Source: an uncultured Desulfovibrio sp. (GTDB lineage Bacteria > Desulfobacterota > Desulfovibrionia > Desulfovibrionales > Desulfovibrionaceae). From it: a stretch of DNA of 64,000 bases. How positions within the stretch are numbered: the first letter of the stretch is position 1; the number at the start of each line of letters is the position of its first letter. The notes under the pieces were generated by a model. That model did no database searches. It was not told the DNA's origin and saw only the letters and a program-made list of their open reading frames with translations. Made by a program: the position numbers and the translations under genes. This document shows, piece by piece, positions 29,842 through 40,207 of this stretch. The stretch lies in the NCBI GenBank assembly GCA_910587035.1, contig CAJUMQ010000012.1, positions 3,184-67,183 of the forward strand. The letters run 5' to 3'.

Positions 29842-31066
29842 CCTGCCTGTCCTTCTCCAGCATATAGGAAAAAACAGCCCCCAGCACACCCATGATCGCA
29901 AGGCACATGAACACTGAATGCAGCCCGAATGTATCGGCAATCCAGCCAAGAAGAGGCTGGGCAATGCCGCCAAGGGTTGTGGCCAGACCCAGAGTTACAC
30001 CGGACGCGAAACCTATGTTTTTGGCCAGCAGCTTTTGGCCAAGCACCACCTGTGAGCTGAAGGGCATGTACAGCACAAGGCCCAGCAGGGGCAGTATGGC
30101 ATAGGCCAGAAGAACATTGTTGACGAGTCCGAAGATCAGCACCACCGGCCCCATCAATGTGAAGGCTGTTCTTATGATGTTCACATATCCAAATTTGTCG
30201 GACATAAGTCCGCCTGCCATGTTGCAGGCAATGCCGCAGGCGCCGAATATGACCAGGGCCATGGCGCCTGCAGCCTTGGACTGGCCAAATACATTTACCC
30301 AGTAAAGGGGAATGAAGGTATTGCAGCCCACAAAAGTGATTGAGCGTGAAATTATGACAACTATGAGTTTGGAAAATTCGCGCCAGTTGTTGCGGGCCTC
30401 CGGCTTTGCGGCTTTTTTTGTCTCATAAAGCTCATCGGCCTCGGCAGCCTGGGGATCGGCTGCGGAATCCTCGGCAGACTTGACAGCAGCCGCATTGTCC
30501 ATGCTGGCCGGAGCCTGGGCTGCGGGCATGAGGGAGATTCTTATCAGTAGAATGGACGCCATCAAAAGACTTAGGGCAGCAAAGATCCCCATGCCATGCA
30601 GCCCCAGCAATCCCACAAACAGGGTCACCAGAAGTGGGCCGATTATGAAGCCGCTATTGCCGCCAATGGAAAAAAGGCTGAGGCCAGTGCCCTTGTTTTT
30701 GCCAGAAACCCTGTTGGCAAATCTGGCAGCCTCGGGATGAAACAGGGCCGAGCCTATGCCGCTGATGGCTATGCCTGCGCAAATCAGCCAGTAGTTTGTC
30801 AGGAAGCCGATTATGGAAAGGCCACAACCAGCCAGGGCCACGCCCAGCGGGATGTACCATGGCTTTGTGTGCTTGTCCGCAAGCAGCCCAAAAAGGGGCT
30901 GAATGATGGAGGATAGGCAGGAATAGGCCAGCATCAGGCCGCCGGTCGCCTGATAGTCAAGATTGTTGGCTGCTCTTATATAGGGCAGGGTTGCCGGCAG
31001 CGCGCCACCGTTAATATCGCATGAGAGATGGCCCAGGGATACAAGGAGAATTTTTTTCTTGTCCAC
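29828..31066 (-). CDS. MFS transporter, Fsr (fosmidomycin resistance)-like
   Basis: 'GH...D', 'QPLFG..AD', 'ALFHPEA', 'GGN.G...GP'; GTG start. Confidence 0.85.
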   Translation of the reverse strand: MDKKKILLVSLGHLSCDINGGALPATLPYIRAANNLDYQATGGLMLAYSCLSSIIQPLFGLLADKHTKPWYIPLGVALAGCGLSIIGFLTNYWLICAGIAISGIGSALFHPEAARFANRVSGKNKGTGLSLFSIGGNSGFIIGPLLVTLFVGLLGLHGMGIFAALSLLMASILLIRISLMPAAQAPASMDNAAAVKSAEDSAADPQAAEADELYETKKAAKPEARNNWREFSKLIVVIISRSITFVGCNTFIPLYWVNVFGQSKAAGAMALVIFGACGIACNMAGGLMSDKFGYVNIIRTAFTLMGPVVLIFGLVNNVLLAYAILPLLGLVLYMPFSSQVVLGQKLLAKNIGFASGVTLGLATTLGGIAQPLLGWIADTFGLHSVFMCLAIMGVLGAVFSYMLEKDRQDAKA

Positions 31067-31134
31067 AACAACCCCTTGCTGTTGCGCTAATGCAGACTAT
31101 TTAATTAGGGTTACACACATCCGCTTCAGGTATT

Positions 31135-31908
31135 TTACTTTTTTGTTGCAGGCCGCAAATTGGCGGCCTTGCCGAATATGACAAGCTCGATCCAGTCAAA
31201 GCCGAATTCCAGGCATGCCTCATCGGCTGCCAGATCCTGACCAGTAATTTTTTCAGCAAGCCCGGGAGGAGATTCCAGCCGGGCGAAGATGTTCATTTGT
31301 TGAATAAAATCCCTGAACTTGTCCACCTGGTAGAGAGCAAGCACGCACATGCCGGACATTTTTTGCGGCAATGGCCTGCCTGTGGCGCCCACAAGGCTGA
31401 TGAGACGCATGTAGCGGTCATTGAAGTAATTATATTGTTCCAGCCCCTGGCAGGCAAGCCATTGACTGGCTGTTCTGGGTGTGCCCGCATCGAATCCGCG
31501 GCAGTGATCCTCCCTGACCATAAAAAATCGCTCCACTGTGCCCGATTCCGATATTTTTGAACCTCTGCCAAGAGGATATGCCCGGCAGGCGCCTGGCCTG
31601 TCATCATAGACAGAACAGCCAGCCGGAGTAACAAAGGGGCATGGGGCATCGGGGCTTTCAATCATGCGCAGCATGGGCAGTGGAAAACCCTGCTCGCCAT
31701 AGCTCATGGTTGTGAATGTGCCCAGAAGCTCACCGCTATCAACGTCCAACTGTCTTTTAAGACGCAGGACATCATAGGGAGTAAGGGGGAGGGCAAGATC
31801 CGCGCAGCAGCGATTGAAACAGGGCACATGGGGGCCACAGTCAAAACAGAATTCCGCATCGCAGTCAATTTGCGGAAGCGACGGAGAGGAAGAATCGAAT
31901 TTTTCCAT
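31135..31908 (-). CDS. YkgJ family cysteine-cluster protein
   Basis: CFNRCC, LTPYD, CPF....C.VY..RP.ACR.YP, E.HC.G. Confidence 0.85.
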   Translation of the reverse strand: MEKFDSSSPSLPQIDCDAEFCFDCGPHVPCFNRCCADLALPLTPYDVLRLKRQLDVDSGELLGTFTTMSYGEQGFPLPMLRMIESPDAPCPFVTPAGCSVYDDRPGACRAYPLGRGSKISESGTVERFFMVREDHCRGFDAGTPRTASQWLACQGLEQYNYFNDRYMRLISLVGATGRPLPQKMSGMCVLALYQVDKFRDFIQQMNIFARLESPPGLAEKITGQDLAADEACLEFGFDWIELVIFGKAANLRPATKK

Positions 31909-32114
31909 ATATTTACTTCGCCAGTTGATGAGGTAAAATTTTTTATTGACTAATTATGGAGAGTAAATAACATTAAAAATCTTGTGTCAATCAGGCAAAA
32001 TTTCGTATATATCTGGCTCTTTGTCCTGAGCAGCGGATTTTGCCGCAATAATCCTGATGAAATTTTTAGCGCGGTTCTGCCAATTTTCACTGCCGCGCAT
32101 GAAGGAGAAAATCC

Positions 32115-32378
32115 ATGAGCCCATTGCAGAATGCTGTGAAAACCAATGAAGGCGTTACAGTAAACGGTTTTATACTTTCCCCGTGTGTGGAGCAGTGCAC
32201 GGGTTGTGAGCGCGTGCGCGAGTTTGACAGCCAGGAGTTTTGTTCAAGCTATCCTGATCCTGCCCGCAAGTGGGCCGGCGGCAGGTGCAATTTTGCCACC
32301 CATGTGAAGACCCAGACCGGAACCCAGGCCAAGGTCAACCCGCTCAAGGCCTCCAAGCGCGCCGCCAAGGGGCGCTAG
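32115..32378 (+). CDS. PxxKW family cysteine-rich small protein
   Basis: C.GC.R, 'C.SYP.P..KW...C.FATH', 'KVNPLKASKR'; AAGGAG RBS. Confidence 0.8.
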   Translation: MSPLQNAVKTNEGVTVNGFILSPCVEQCTGCERVREFDSQEFCSSYPDPARKWAGGRCNFATHVKTQTGTQAKVNPLKASKRAAKGR

Positions 32379-32394
32379 AATAAAGCCGCCAGAC

Positions 32395-33636
32395 ATGTGC
32401 GATGATTATGAAAGGCTGCGGGAGTATATTCTCGCACAGGGCGACAGGGTTGCGGACATTCAGGCAACCCTGGTGGCCCTGCCGGCCACCGGCCCGGAAA
32501 ATGGCGGACAGGGTGAATATGCGCGCGCCAGTATTCTTGAAAAATGGCTGGCTGAGGCTGGCTTAAGGAATATTATTCATGTTGATTCGCCGGATTCCAG
32601 GGTGGAATCCGGGGCAAGGCCGAATATCGTCGCCAGGATTCCCGGGCGTTCCGCGCGGATGCTCTGGCTATTTGCGCATATGGATGTGGTTCCTGCCGGC
32701 GATTATGACTGCTGGCACTCGGATCCATGGCGGCTCAGACGAGATGGCGATATCATTTATGGCCGGGGCGTGGAAGACAACCAGCAGGCCATAGCCGGCA
32801 TGATCATTCTTGCAGAGGGGCTTGCAAGATGCAGAATTGTGCCTGAATACGGGCTTGGCCTTGTTTTCATGTCCGATGAGGAATGCGGAAGCAGTCATGG
32901 CCTCCAGTATGTTCTGGAGAAAAGGCCGGATTTGTTTGGCAAGGATGATCTGTATCTTGTGCCAGACGGCGGCTCCCGTTCCGGCAGATTTGTGGAAGTG
33001 GCAGAAAAGGCGCAGTTATGGGTAAAATTTACCGTTACCGGCAGCCAGTGCCATGCCTCCTCGCCCTTGTCTGGCATAAATGCCTTTTTGGCTGCCAGCA
33101 GGCTTGTAACGGCGCTGGACGGACTGCATGAGGTTTTTCCCCTGAGAAATGAGCTTTTCAAGCCGCCTTTTTCAACATTTGTGCCCACAAGACATGAAGA
33201 TAACAATGTTTGCACAAATATAATGCCCGGTAGGGATGTCTTCTATCTTGATTGCAGGATTCTGCCGGAAACAGCCATTGATGATGTCAAGAAGGCCATT
33301 GCCGGCATCTGCAGGGATGTGGATGAACGCTGCCATGTCAAAACCGGCATTGAATATGTGCAGTTTCAGCAGGCATCATCAACACCTGTGCAGACCCCGG
33401 TGATGTCTGCGCTTGCGGCAGCCATAAAGGCTGTTTATTCCGAGCAGGCCGTACCTGTTGGCATAGGAGGCGCCACGGTGGCCGCCATGCTAAGGCAGAG
33501 GAATCTCCCGGCTGTGGTCTGGGCCCGCATCCTCAATACATGCCACCAGCCAGATGAAAAATCATCCCTGACCTATACCTGTTGCGATGCAGCCGTGTTT
33601 GCGCACATTCTTATGAATCAGCACGCACATGCCTGA
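32395..33636 (+). CDS. M20-family metallohydrolase (DapE/ArgE-like)
   Basis: HMDVVP, GRGVEDN, DEECG, VAEK, G.Q.HAS, HQPDE. Confidence 0.9.
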   Translation: MCDDYERLREYILAQGDRVADIQATLVALPATGPENGGQGEYARASILEKWLAEAGLRNIIHVDSPDSRVESGARPNIVARIPGRSARMLWLFAHMDVVPAGDYDCWHSDPWRLRRDGDIIYGRGVEDNQQAIAGMIILAEGLARCRIVPEYGLGLVFMSDEECGSSHGLQYVLEKRPDLFGKDDLYLVPDGGSRSGRFVEVAEKAQLWVKFTVTGSQCHASSPLSGINAFLAASRLVTALDGLHEVFPLRNELFKPPFSTFVPTRHEDNNVCTNIMPGRDVFYLDCRILPETAIDDVKKAIAGICRDVDERCHVKTGIEYVQFQQASSTPVQTPVMSALAAAIKAVYSEQAVPVGIGGATVAAMLRQRNLPAVVWARILNTCHQPDEKSSLTYTCCDAAVFAHILMNQHAHA

Positions 33637-35485
33637 TGCCATTTTTGACTGTGTGATAGCTGGAGGCGGCCATGCAGGCTGTGAGGCTGCCATGGCGCTT
33701 GCCAGACTTGGCCTAAAAACCCTGCTGGTGAGCGGCAATCTTGATCGCTTGGGTTATCTGTCCTGCAATCCTGCCATTGGCGGGCTTGCCAAAGGGCACA
33801 TGGTGCGGGAGATTGATGCTCTGGGCGGACAGATGGGCAGATGGGCGGATGCGGCTGGCATCCAGTTTCGCACCTTGAATATGAGCAAGGGTCCGGCTGT
33901 GCGCGCAACCCGCGCGCAGATGGACAGGCCAGCCTATTTGCGCGCAGTCGCTGCCAGCCTGTTCCGGGCCGCAAACCTTTCCATATGGCAGGACAATGTG
34001 GTGGCAATCACCACCGCCCACGGCAATGTCACAGGCGTCAAAACCAGGCTTGGCAGAACTTTCGGCGCCAGGCATGTTCTGCTCACCACCGGCACATTTT
34101 TAAATGGCATTGTCCATGTGGGGCAGACGCATATCCCGGCAGGCAGGATGGGGGATGAGCCATCCAGGGGACTTTCGGAATGCCTGCGGGATCTGGGCAT
34201 CAGTCTTGGCCGGCTAAAAACAGGCACCACGCCCAGGCTGCTGCGGTCAAGCATCGATTTTTCCCGTCTTGAGGAGCAGTTTGGCGACAATCCGCTGCCG
34301 AGATTCAGTTTTTATGGTCCTCCTCCACCCCTGCCCCAGACCTCATGCCACATTACCTGGACCAATGCCAGGGCGCATGAGATAATCCGCTCCGGCTTTG
34401 ATCGCTCCCCCCTTTTCACTGGCATAATAGAGGGGGTGGGAGCCCGCTATTGCCCGTCAATTGAGGACAAGGTGGCGCGATTTCCCCAGCGTGAAAGGCA
34501 TCAGATTTTTCTGGAGCCTGAGGGTTTGCACAGTGGCGAAGTCTATGCCAATGGCATCTCCACAAGCCTGCCTCTGGATGTGCAGCAGGGGATGGTGAAT
34601 GCCATATCCGGCCTTGAAAATGCTGTAATAACCAGACCGGGCTATGCCATTGAATATGATTATGCGAACCCTGTGCAGCTTTGGCCAACCCTTGAAAGCA
34701 AAATGGTTGGCAATTTGTGGTTTGCGGGCCAGATCAATGGCACATCCGGCTATGAGGAGGCCGCAGCCCAGGGTTTGTGGGCGGCCCTGAACATGGCAGC
34801 CAGGGAAAAGGGGCGTGAGCCATTTTTGCCCACCAGATCCGAGGCATACATGGCTGTACTGGTGGATGATCTGGTGACATTGGGCACAAGCGAGCCATAC
34901 AGGATGTTTACATCCAGGGCAGAACATCGTCTGCTTCTGCGGGAGGACAATGCCGATATGCGTCTTTGTCCGCTTGGACGTGAAATTGGCCTTGTGGATG
35001 ATGGCCAGTGGCGTGTTTTTTGTGAAAGGCGAGATCGGGCAAGCCAGCTGGAGCAGGCTCTGCAAAAGGCAAAGGCGCCCGGTTGCGCCGGCAGTGGCCA
35101 GGTTAAAAGCCCAGCGGAAATATTGCGGCGCCCGGAGGCGACGCTGGCATCATTCCTCCGCTCGGGCTCCCAGTATTGCCCCGAAGTGGACGAAGTTGCC
35201 TCCGTCTGTGATCCCCTGATTTTGTCAATGGTTGAAACAGATATCAAATACGCGGGCTATATTGAAAGACAGGCTGCCCTGGCCAGACGCTCGGCAAAAC
35301 TGGAGGCTGTGCCATTGCCCCCTGATATGGATTATGCGATTATTGCCGGGCTTTCCAATGAGGTTCGTGAAAAACTGTCCACAGTGCGTCCCGCGAGCCT
35401 TGGGCAGGCAGCCAGAATCTCCGGTGTGACACCTGCAGCCATCGGCTGCCTGGAAGTGTGGCTGCACAAGATGGGAAGGGTTTGA
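33629..35485 (+). CDS. mnmG: tRNA uridine-5-carboxymethylaminomethyl synthesis enzyme MnmG
   Basis: GGGHAGCEAA, SCNPAIGG.AKG, RYCPSIEDK, AGQINGTSGYEEAAAQG, EPYRMFTSRAE. Confidence 0.98.
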   Translation: MPDAIFDCVIAGGGHAGCEAAMALARLGLKTLLVSGNLDRLGYLSCNPAIGGLAKGHMVREIDALGGQMGRWADAAGIQFRTLNMSKGPAVRATRAQMDRPAYLRAVAASLFRAANLSIWQDNVVAITTAHGNVTGVKTRLGRTFGARHVLLTTGTFLNGIVHVGQTHIPAGRMGDEPSRGLSECLRDLGISLGRLKTGTTPRLLRSSIDFSRLEEQFGDNPLPRFSFYGPPPPLPQTSCHITWTNARAHEIIRSGFDRSPLFTGIIEGVGARYCPSIEDKVARFPQRERHQIFLEPEGLHSGEVYANGISTSLPLDVQQGMVNAISGLENAVITRPGYAIEYDYANPVQLWPTLESKMVGNLWFAGQINGTSGYEEAAAQGLWAALNMAAREKGREPFLPTRSEAYMAVLVDDLVTLGTSEPYRMFTSRAEHRLLLREDNADMRLCPLGREIGLVDDGQWRVFCERRDRASQLEQALQKAKAPGCAGSGQVKSPAEILRRPEATLASFLRSGSQYCPEVDEVASVCDPLILSMVETDIKYAGYIERQAALARRSAKLEAVPLPPDMDYAIIAGLSNEVREKLSTVRPASLGQAARISGVTPAAIGCLEVWLHKMGRV

Positions 35486-35567
35486 AAGTATGCCGGCAAG
35501 GGTCTAAACCTGATATGCCGGTCGTGAACGATGCGGATAGGGGCTTATTTAAACCGGGGCTTTTCAG

Positions 35568-36509
35568 ATGGGCGAATATGAAAATTACATCCTTTCTGCC
35601 ATTTTTTTCATTCTGATGTGTCTGATTTTTTATTTATGGAAAAGAGGGAGCAGAAAGAAGAGCCTTAATAGCAGGCAACAGTTCATCATCGAAACGCTGG
35701 AGCTGGCCCGTTCGCAATTTGAGATATTCAACTTGAAAATTTTCGGAGATGGCAGCCCCAAAAATGGGCTTTCGGCCACATTGCAGGAAATTGACTCCGC
35801 TGGGCTGCATATGGAGGCCGGGGGCTATGTGCCGGAAAGCTGCGGAGGCGGGAACACGGAGGTCTTTTTTCGCGCCAAAAGAGTGGAGGGGCCGGTTTTC
35901 TACGCATTCAGCTCCAGGATAAAAAAAGTCAGCAAGGCCGATTATGAGGATTCTCTTCTGCTGCTGGAAATTCCGGATTCCATGCGTGTTGAAAAAAAAC
36001 GCCATTTTATCCGTGTGCAGCCACACAAGGATGATGTGCGTGTCATTGGCGTCTGGCAGTTGAAGCCGGGCAGCAAACTGCCCAGGGCCACTGCCGAGCT
36101 TGGGGCGCCACTCACCCACTACAAGCCCGGCATGACGGACGAACCAGTGCAGGTTGAGAATATTTCTGCATCCGGTTTGGCGCTCCGGGTCGCCAAAGAC
36201 AATGCGGAAGCGGAGGCTGCCTGTTTTCAGCGCGGCGAGCATCTGCTTTGTCTGGTGATATATGTTCCAGATGAAAATGATGGTAAGCAGATAGCATTCT
36301 GGTGTACCGGCGAGATAATGAACACAAGGATGACCGAGGGAGCCAATCCCTGTCTGGTTATTGGACTTGAATTTACCAACTGGGCAATTCTGGAACAGGG
36401 CTCAAGCGACATCCACTGGGCGCACAGCTCGCCATCGCGAGGCATCAAGCCAATCATGCAATGGGTTGAGCAAATTGACAGCAAACAGGCCAGAAAGCCT
36501 GGCCTGTGA
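35568..36509 (+). CDS. Membrane-anchored PilZ-domain protein
   Basis: N-terminal TM; 'KKRHFIR' (RxxxR) and 'NISASG' (D/NxSxxG) motifs. Confidence 0.7.
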   Translation: MGEYENYILSAIFFILMCLIFYLWKRGSRKKSLNSRQQFIIETLELARSQFEIFNLKIFGDGSPKNGLSATLQEIDSAGLHMEAGGYVPESCGGGNTEVFFRAKRVEGPVFYAFSSRIKKVSKADYEDSLLLLEIPDSMRVEKKRHFIRVQPHKDDVRVIGVWQLKPGSKLPRATAELGAPLTHYKPGMTDEPVQVENISASGLALRVAKDNAEAEAACFQRGEHLLCLVIYVPDENDGKQIAFWCTGEIMNTRMTEGANPCLVIGLEFTNWAILEQGSSDIHWAHSSPSRGIKPIMQWVEQIDSKQARKPGL

Positions 36510-36615
36510 AAATGATCTGGCCCATGTCTATAAAAATTGGCAGAATCCCGATGGCTTTTTTATAATTGTGGTTTGTGTCTGGGCATTGATAAATTTTTAG
36601 TTGATGGAGGCAGTT

Positions 36616-37473
36616 TTGGATCAGGATGCTGAAGGGCACAGTACATTCTGGGGGCGGTTGAGCCGGTTTTTCGGACACGATGATGAATCGCTGGAGAAGG
36701 CGATAATTGAGGCCAGGGCTGAAGGGGAGGTTGAACCCGATGAGGAATCCATGCTCCTGGGGATCCTGCGCTTCAATGATCTTCAGGTTCAGGATACGAT
36801 GATACCCCGTCTGGATATCGATTGTGTGCCGGAGGATATGCCATTGCCGGACGTTGCCAGGGTCATAGTTGAGTCCGGCCATTCGCGCATCCCAGTTTAT
36901 CGCGATACCAGGGATAACATGATTGGCATACTTCATGCCAAGGATCTCCTGCGCTGCATAATTGAAAACGATGACCCACCGCCGCCTGTAAGCGCTGTAA
37001 TGCGAGAGCCTTTCTTTGTGCCGGAAACCAAGCCCATCAGAACATTGCTGCAGGAGTTTCGCGCGCGGAAGCTGCATATTGCCATAGCCCTTGATGAATA
37101 TGGGGGCACATCCGGACTGATAACAATAGAGGATGTTCTGGAGGAAATCGTGGGAGATATTGAGGATGAGCATGACACTCCCCGCGAGGACGACATCCGG
37201 GCCCTCAACGGGAATGTCTATGAACTCACCGGCAGGGCATTCCTTGAGGATCTGCAGGAAATTGGCGTCAATATCGAATCCGACGAGGTGGACACCATTG
37301 GCGGCTATCTGTGCATGGAAGCGGGACATGTGCCGGGCTGCGGCGAATCCTATACCATTAATGGCTGGACATTTACCGTCATAGACGCGGATATGAAGCT
37401 TATACGCCTTTTGCGCATGGAACCGGCCAAACAGGCCGGAGAAATTGCGGACGAAAATCCTGTTGAGCCGTAA
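36616..37473 (+). CDS. corC: CBS/CorC-domain protein (CorC/hemolysin family)
   Basis: MIPR, GHSRIPVY, G.LHAKD, FVPE.K, DEYGG..GL.T.ED..EEIVG.I.DEHD; GGAGG precedes TTG at 36616. Confidence 0.9.
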   Translation: MDQDAEGHSTFWGRLSRFFGHDDESLEKAIIEARAEGEVEPDEESMLLGILRFNDLQVQDTMIPRLDIDCVPEDMPLPDVARVIVESGHSRIPVYRDTRDNMIGILHAKDLLRCIIENDDPPPPVSAVMREPFFVPETKPIRTLLQEFRARKLHIAIALDEYGGTSGLITIEDVLEEIVGDIEDEHDTPREDDIRALNGNVYELTGRAFLEDLQEIGVNIESDEVDTIGGYLCMEAGHVPGCGESYTINGWTFTVIDADMKLIRLLRMEPAKQAGEIADENPVEP

Positions 37474-39055
37474 AACAGCAAAAGGCATTTTTCAGCCTTC
37501 CCTCTTCTGCGCATGCCTCATGGTGGCTCTTGGCATCTGGCTTGGCTTTCCCAATGCCATTGCCGTTATGCCGCCATTTGTTCTGCTATGGCCGCTGGGG
37601 CTTGTGCTGACAGGACAGCTGGCGGTATCCATGCGGTCCGCCCTGTTTCATGGATGGCTTGCAACAATGGCTGGCATGTTCTGCGCCCTCTACTGGCTTT
37701 GCTACCCTGTGCATGATGTGGGTGGCTTGCCCTGGCCGGCCGCATGTTTATGCGCTCTTGCCATATGCGCCTGCATGGCCATCCAGGGCGGAATTTTCTG
37801 TGTTCTTGCCTGGATTGCCAGGGATTATTCCATATGGCGCAGAGCTCTTTTTCTGGCGCTTTGCTGGTATCTTCTGGAGTACGGCTTTGCGCTTGCGGCC
37901 GGATTTCCATGGCTGCCACTCTCTGCTGCCCTGGCGGTCTGGCCGGTGCTCATCCAGGCTGCCGATATAACCGGCGCCTACTTTTTAAGCGCAATCTGGA
38001 TTGCCGGGATTTTGCTCTGCACCGGACAGCCGCCAGCGCCGTCTGCCAGGCAGGTGGATTTTAGCCACCTTGTCTGCGGGCTGGCTGTTTTCGCCCTCAT
38101 TTCATTGTATGGAGTGTGGCGTCTTGAGCGGGTACCGGTTGATGACTGGCCAGAGGGCCCAGACAGCATGGGGGCAGTTTTTATTGAGGGCAATGTTGAA
38201 CAAAATCAGAAATGGCTGCCGGAATTCCAGAAATCGACACTTGATCTGTATATTCGCCTGACAAATGCCGGAGTGGATGCCGCAAGAATCGAGGGCATGG
38301 ACCAGCCCCTGATCATCTGGCCTGAAACCGCCATGCCATTTTTTTTTGAAACCAGACCATCTCTTGCGCAAAAGGTGCGCCAGCTTGCAAGAGATATGGG
38401 CTGCCCTCTTCTTTTTGGAGCGCCAGGCGTGGAGAGGCTCCCGGATTTGCCCGAGGGAGCCGTGTTCAACAGGGCATTTCTGCTTGCCCCGGATGGCTAT
38501 ACCCTTGGCCATTATGACAAGGAGCATCTTGTGCCATTTGGGGAATATCTGCCATCATGGCTTGACTTGCCATTTCTTTCGGCATTGGTGCAGGGGGTTG
38601 GCATCTATCAGGAGGGGAGCGCCACAGCACCATTGCGCTATGATGGCATGGCGCTGGGAATGCTGATCTGCTATGAGGGCATTTTCCCCTGGCTGGCCCA
38701 GAAAAGGGTTGAGGCCGGGGCAAATATCCTTGTGGATATAAGCAATGATGGCTGGTTTCGCAACAGTCCTGCAGCCAGACAGCATCTGTATCTTACCATT
38801 CCCAGATGTGTGGAGCAGAACAGATGGCTGCTTAGAAGCACCAATACCGGCATCTCTGCTGTTTGCGATACAAGGGGCAGGGTGGTTATGGCCGGACCGC
38901 AATTCCAGGCCGGTTTTTTGCTGGCCCGTGGCGCACTGTTGAATGAAAAATCATTTTATCATAAAATTTCCCACTGGATGCCTTTTTGCGCGCTGACAGT
39001 GGCCTTGTGTCTGTTTATCTGGCGCGGCAAGAAACAATTTTTGAGGATGCCATAA
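37463..39055 (+). CDS. lnt: Apolipoprotein N-acyltransferase
   Basis: GFPW, WPETA, YDKEHLVPFGEY, ICYE, SNDGWF, RSTNTGIS; start uncertain. Confidence 0.93.
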   Translation: MSRKTAKGIFQPSLFCACLMVALGIWLGFPNAIAVMPPFVLLWPLGLVLTGQLAVSMRSALFHGWLATMAGMFCALYWLCYPVHDVGGLPWPAACLCALAICACMAIQGGIFCVLAWIARDYSIWRRALFLALCWYLLEYGFALAAGFPWLPLSAALAVWPVLIQAADITGAYFLSAIWIAGILLCTGQPPAPSARQVDFSHLVCGLAVFALISLYGVWRLERVPVDDWPEGPDSMGAVFIEGNVEQNQKWLPEFQKSTLDLYIRLTNAGVDAARIEGMDQPLIIWPETAMPFFFETRPSLAQKVRQLARDMGCPLLFGAPGVERLPDLPEGAVFNRAFLLAPDGYTLGHYDKEHLVPFGEYLPSWLDLPFLSALVQGVGIYQEGSATAPLRYDGMALGMLICYEGIFPWLAQKRVEAGANILVDISNDGWFRNSPAARQHLYLTIPRCVEQNRWLLRSTNTGISAVCDTRGRVVMAGPQFQAGFLLARGALLNEKSFYHKISHWMPFCALTVALCLFIWRGKKQFLRMP

Positions 39056-39057
39056 AA

Positions 39058-40207
39058 ATGAGCGCAACCTACCATCTTACAGATCTCCGGGCAGCCTCCG
39101 CTCCCTTGAATCAGAAATTTGAAAATTTATGGGGGAGGCTTTGACCCGGCAGCCACATCTGCCAGACTCAAGGGTATTGAAGCCCAGATCTCAAGCCCGG
39201 ATGTCTGGAGCGACCAGGATAAAATGAAGCCGCTCCAGCAGGAAAAAAGGCGGCTGGAAGCGGAGGCCGAGCGCTTTGCAAAGCTGGAAAAATGCCATAA
39301 TGACATGAATGAATGGCTAAATCTGGCAGAAGAAAATGAGGATGCCGAGGGTGATGACATGGCGGAAGCCCTGGAGGCTCTTGCCCTTGCGCAAAAGGAG
39401 CTTGCCGATCTTCTTGAGGAGACAGAGCTTGTGATGCTGCTGTCAGCGGAGGAGGATGGCAAGGATGCCATTCTGGAAATACATCCGGGCCAGGGAGGAA
39501 CCGAATCCATGGACTGGGCCGAGATGCTGTTGCGCCAGTATAGCCGCTGGGCAGCCAGGCACAAGTTCACCATGGAAGAACTGGATTATCTGCCAGGCAA
39601 TGAGGCTGGCATAAAGAGTGTGACAATGCGCGTCTCCGGCCCATATGCCTTTGGTTTTCTCAAGAGTGAGCGGGGCATACACCGCCTCATAAGAATTTCG
39701 CCATTTGACGCTTCCGGCAGAAGGCATACATCCTTTGCATCTGTGGATATTGTGCCGGATATAGGCAATGATATTGAACTTGACATCAAGGAATCCGATT
39801 TAAGGGTGGACAGCTTCAGGTCCAGCGGACCAGGGGGACAGAGTGTTAACACCACCACATCCGCCGTGCGTGTAACACATTTGCCCACAGGCATATCGGC
39901 GCAATGCCAGAATGAAAAATCCTGGCATCACAACAGGGAGACGGCCATGCGTGTTCTGCGGGCCAGGCTGTATAATCTTGAGCTCCAGAAGCGCGAGGCG
40001 GAAAGACAGGCGCAATATGCCGGCAAGGATGCCATTGGTTTTGGCAGCCAAATTCGCACCTATACGCTGCAGCCATACAGGCTGGTGAAGGATCATCGCA
40101 CAGGCACCGAAATTGGTGATGTTGAAGCTGTGCTGGATGGTCAGATAGATCAATTTCAACACGATTATCTACTCTATCGTCATGAGCAAGAACGAAGGGC
40201 AAAATAG
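39058..40207 (+). CDS. prfB: Peptide chain release factor 2 (programmed +1 frameshift)
   Basis: ATG 39058, 28 codons to CTT-TGA-C at 39139-39145; +1 frame continues with RISPF, GGQ, GSQIR. Confidence 0.97.
39131..39145 (+). promoter_or_regulatory. RF2 autoregulatory frameshift site (internal SD + CTT TGA C)
   Basis: gggggagg ctt tga c. Confidence 0.95.

Noticed and set aside
39058..39144. prfB as a frameshifted pseudogene or sequencing error
   Set aside because: Canonical SD-CTT-TGA-C programmed frameshift.
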